A DNA stretch of 64,000 bases from Bacteroidota bacterium (lineage in GTDB: Bacteria > Bacteroidota > Rhodothermia > Rhodothermales > Salinibacteraceae). Below the pieces are notes generated by a model. That model was given only the letters and a program-made list of their open reading frames with translations, was not told where the DNA came from and made no database searches. The DNA is taken from assembly GCA_009908945.1 (NCBI GenBank), contig JAAAOI010000197.1:891-64890 (forward strand). The letters run 5' to 3'. A program made the translations under genes and the position numbers. Every line of letters starts with the position of its first letter. Position 1 is the first letter of the stretch. Positions 61,770 to 64,000 of this stretch are shown here, one piece after another.

Positions 61770-62888
61770 TTAGCCTTTCACTGCCTCGAAGTGATCCATG
61801 AATTGCACGAGCGCCTCTACGGCTTCTGGCGGACAGGCGTTGTAGATGGAGGCACGGATGCCGCCAACAGAGCGGTGGCCCTTCAGCGCAAGTAAGCCGG
61901 CCGCCTCGGCTTCACGGCAGAACTGCACATCCAGCGCCTCGGATGGTGTACTGAAGGTCGCGTTCATCAGCGAGCGATCCGCGATACGGGTGGTGCCGGT
62001 GTAGAAGTCCGTGCGGTCGATGCGGTTGTACAGGCGCGCCGCTTTCTGTTCGTTGCGCTGGGCCATGGCCTCTACCCCGCCGTGCGATTCCAGCCAACGC
62101 ATCACCTTCTCCACCAGGTAAATGGCAAACACGGGCGGCGTGTTGAACCGCTTGCGGGCGTGCGTGCCATAATCCAGCATGGTAGGGAGCGGCTGATTCC
62201 GCTGCGCCAGAAAGCTGTCTTTTACAAGCACAATGACGACGCCAGCTGGGCCCACATTTTTCTGCGCGCCAGCGTAAATCAACCCGTAGCGGTCCATATC
62301 CATCGGGCGGCTCAGGAAGTCGCTTGAGGCATCTACTACAAGAGGGGCGTCAGCCGCCGGCGCGGTCCGATACTGCGTGCCGTAGATCGTATTGTTGGAG
62401 GTGAAGTGGACATACGCAGCCTCCGGATCGAGGACGTCAGGCGTCACCTCTGGGATGTAGGTGTGGTTTTTATCAGCACTGCTGGTTGCGGCCCGGGCCG
62501 TGCCCAGCAGTTGCGCCTCCTCCAGTGCATTCTCAGACCAACGCCCGGTTAGCAAGTAATCCGCCGAGCCGTCGGGCGGCAGCATGTTCAGCGGCACTTG
62601 ATGAAATTGCATTGACGCTCCTCCCTGCAAGAAGAGCACCTGCCAGGTATCGTCCAATCCCAGCAAGCGCTTGATGCGATGCCGGGCTGATTCCTCTACC
62701 GCGTCGTAGGCGTCCGACCGGTGGCTGATCTCCAGCATCGATGCACCTTCGCGGTGGTACACCGGAAGCTCTTCCTGAAGCTCCTGCAACACGGGACGAG
62801 GGAGCGCTGCCGGGCCTGCACAAAAGTTGTACAGGCGCTGATCGGCCGAACGGGTACGAAGGGCAGCCAGCGGATCGGCAACATCCAT
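61770..62888 (-). CDS. serC: Phosphoserine aminotransferase
   Basis: The 372-aa ORF has 'YNFCAGPAALP', 'HRS', 'IYAGAQKNVGPAGV' (the PLP Lys) and 'GGIRASIYNA'. Confidence 0.95.
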   Translation of the reverse strand: MDVADPLAALRTRSADQRLYNFCAGPAALPRPVLQELQEELPVYHREGASMLEISHRSDAYDAVEESARHRIKRLLGLDDTWQVLFLQGGASMQFHQVPLNMLPPDGSADYLLTGRWSENALEEAQLLGTARAATSSADKNHTYIPEVTPDVLDPEAAYVHFTSNNTIYGTQYRTAPAADAPLVVDASSDFLSRPMDMDRYGLIYAGAQKNVGPAGVVIVLVKDSFLAQRNQPLPTMLDYGTHARKRFNTPPVFAIYLVEKVMRWLESHGGVEAMAQRNEQKAARLYNRIDRTDFYTGTTRIADRSLMNATFSTPSEALDVQFCREAEAAGLLALKGHRSVGGIRASIYNACPPEAVEALVQFMDHFEAVKG

Positions 62889-63047
62889 GAGCGTACAGCT
62901 CGTCTGGTAGGTGGGGATACGGTAAGGTGATACAGCGCCATCCGAAACGAGAGGAACGAGGTCATGCTCCCGGTTCTGGACGGACGGCTGGCGTGAGCGG
63001 CCATCGTGTTACGATTTTCACCAATCGCCTGATGCCCTACGCTGTAG

Positions 63048-64000
63048 CTATGTTTCATCAAATAGGTGAACGAGCAGCCCGCTGCTTAATTTGGGCTCGA
63101 ACCAGGTGGACTTTGGCGGCATGAGCAGCCCGGCATCTGACACGGCCAGCAATTCCTCAATCGAGGTGGGGTACATGGCAAACGCTGCCTGCGCGGCTCC
63201 CCGGTCCACCCGGCGGGCCAGCTCGGCAGGGGGATGACTCCCCCCGACAAAGGCAATGCGCTCGTCGCGGCGCAAGTCTTCGATGCCGAGCAAGGGCTCC
63301 AGGACGTGTTCGCTTAGGCGTGCTACGTCGAGCGTGTCCGCCACAGTCTCGCGCTGCGTAGCCGGAAGCGTGAGCACGTACCAACGGCCGTCCAGGTAGA
63401 GATGGACCATCCCGGGGGCCTCCGGGCCCGTTGCCGTGGTCTCCTCCCCCCGGGGGCGGACGCTCAGCGCCTGGGCACAGGCCTTCAGGAAGTCAGCCGG
63501 CGTGCCCGGCAGGGCCGTCACCAGGCGGTGATAGGGCAAGATCTGCATGTCACCAATGGGGAAGAGCGCAGCAGGGAAATGCTTTACGTTGGCCGCAACG
63601 GCAGCGTCGTGCTCGTCCAGGGCATCAGCGACCCGGCTGGCGGCTTTGCAGCGATGGTGTCCATCCGCAATATACAGTGGCGTAATGGCGGAAAACACGT
63701 TCACCAGCGCCCCAGGAGCGGCCACCTTCCAGATCCGATGCCGCACGTCGTTGGCTGTGGTCAGATCGTAGAGCGGATCGGCTTGGGTCTCTTCCTGGAT
63801 CAGCGCCTCTACCTGAGCATCGTCTCGGAAGCACAGCATCACGGGCTCCGCATGCGCACGCTGGGCGAGCATGTGCCGCGTGCGGTCGGCTTCCTTGGCC
63901 GGCCGCGTCTTTTCATGCCGCAGGATACCGTCTGCGTTGTACTCGTCTACAGATACGCACCCAAACACGCCGGTCTGGACGTGCGCACCCAGTTGTAGCT
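63048..64000 (-). CDS. DUF1015 domain-containing protein (the 5' end lies beyond the right edge of the window)
   Basis: ORF 63048..63968 begins at a GTG. The frame stays open upstream to position 64000 (..LQLGAHVQTG-VFGCVSVDEY..). 'ILRHEKTRPAKEADR' and 'YIADGHHRCKAA' are DUF1015 hallmarks. The position next to serC is a common linkage. Confidence 0.8.
   Translation of the reverse strand, partial: LQLGAHVQTGVFGCVSVDEYNADGILRHEKTRPAKEADRTRHMLAQRAHAEPVMLCFRDDAQVEALIQEETQADPLYDLTTANDVRHRIWKVAAPGALVNVFSAITPLYIADGHHRCKAASRVADALDEHDAAVAANVKHFPAALFPIGDMQILPYHRLVTALPGTPADFLKACAQALSVRPRGEETTATGPEAPGMVHLYLDGRWYVLTLPATQRETVADTLDVARLSEHVLEPLLGIEDLRRDERIAFVGGSHPPAELARRVDRGAAQAAFAMYPTSIEELLAVSDAGLLMPPKSTWFEPKLSSGLLVHLFDET

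Noticed and set aside
1-64000. A search for mobile elements, toxin-antitoxin pairs, restriction-modification genes, cas genes or prophage remnants.
   Set aside because: None of the translated ORFs shows transposase (DDE), integrase (R..HxxR..Y), methyltransferase, Cas or phage structural signatures. The window looks like core chromosome apart from the vWA-PP2C-kinase triad.

Overview
This is a visibly GC-rich, gene-dense bacterial chromosomal segment (GC judged by eye, not computed). I can support about 58 protein-coding genes, one tRNA-Met(CAU), a few intrinsic terminators and several short tandem repeats. I saw no rRNA, CRISPR array, transposase, integrase or prophage genes.

Lineage (inference only): the content and local synteny suggest a Bacteroidota/Rhodothermota-like organism. 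Supporting signs are an ssb gene followed by a GldE/CorC-type gene, ileS-dksA-lspA, a CarboxypepD_reg-type TonB receptor, and serC next to DUF1015. Many proteins have acidic Asp/Glu/Pro/Ala-rich tails, which hints at a halophile.

Most of the window is housekeeping:
- Translation and RNA: ileS, lepA, an EF-G paralog, tsaB.
- Replication and repair: holB, ssb, xseA/xseB.
- Envelope and secretion: lepB, lspA, ftsX, divIVA.
- Metabolism: purF, accD, pheA, serC, pntAB, ggt.

The best candidate for a poorly understood system is a tightly packed minus-strand operon at 21922-25409. It encodes a vWA/MIDAS protein, a PP2C-like phosphatase and a membrane-anchored Ser/Thr kinase (a TerY-P-like triad). 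The kinase has an unusual coiled-coil/HhH-like C-terminus. Two paralogous secreted TPR-like proteins lie immediately upstream.

Secondary curiosities:
- An orphan type III polyketide synthase whose stop codon lies inside a 4 x 17-bp tandem repeat.
- A CPA2 antiporter fused to USP-like and PTS-EIIA-like domains.
- An orphan ECF sigma factor of the kinase-associated type.
- A tiny hydrophobic ORF plus terminator ahead of a sodium:solute symporter.
- A Cys/Gly-repeat N-terminus on the PSP1/RicT-like protein.
- A recurring pattern of short tandem duplications at gene ends.

All functional calls come from reading the translated ORFs for family-diagnostic motifs. No database search was possible.
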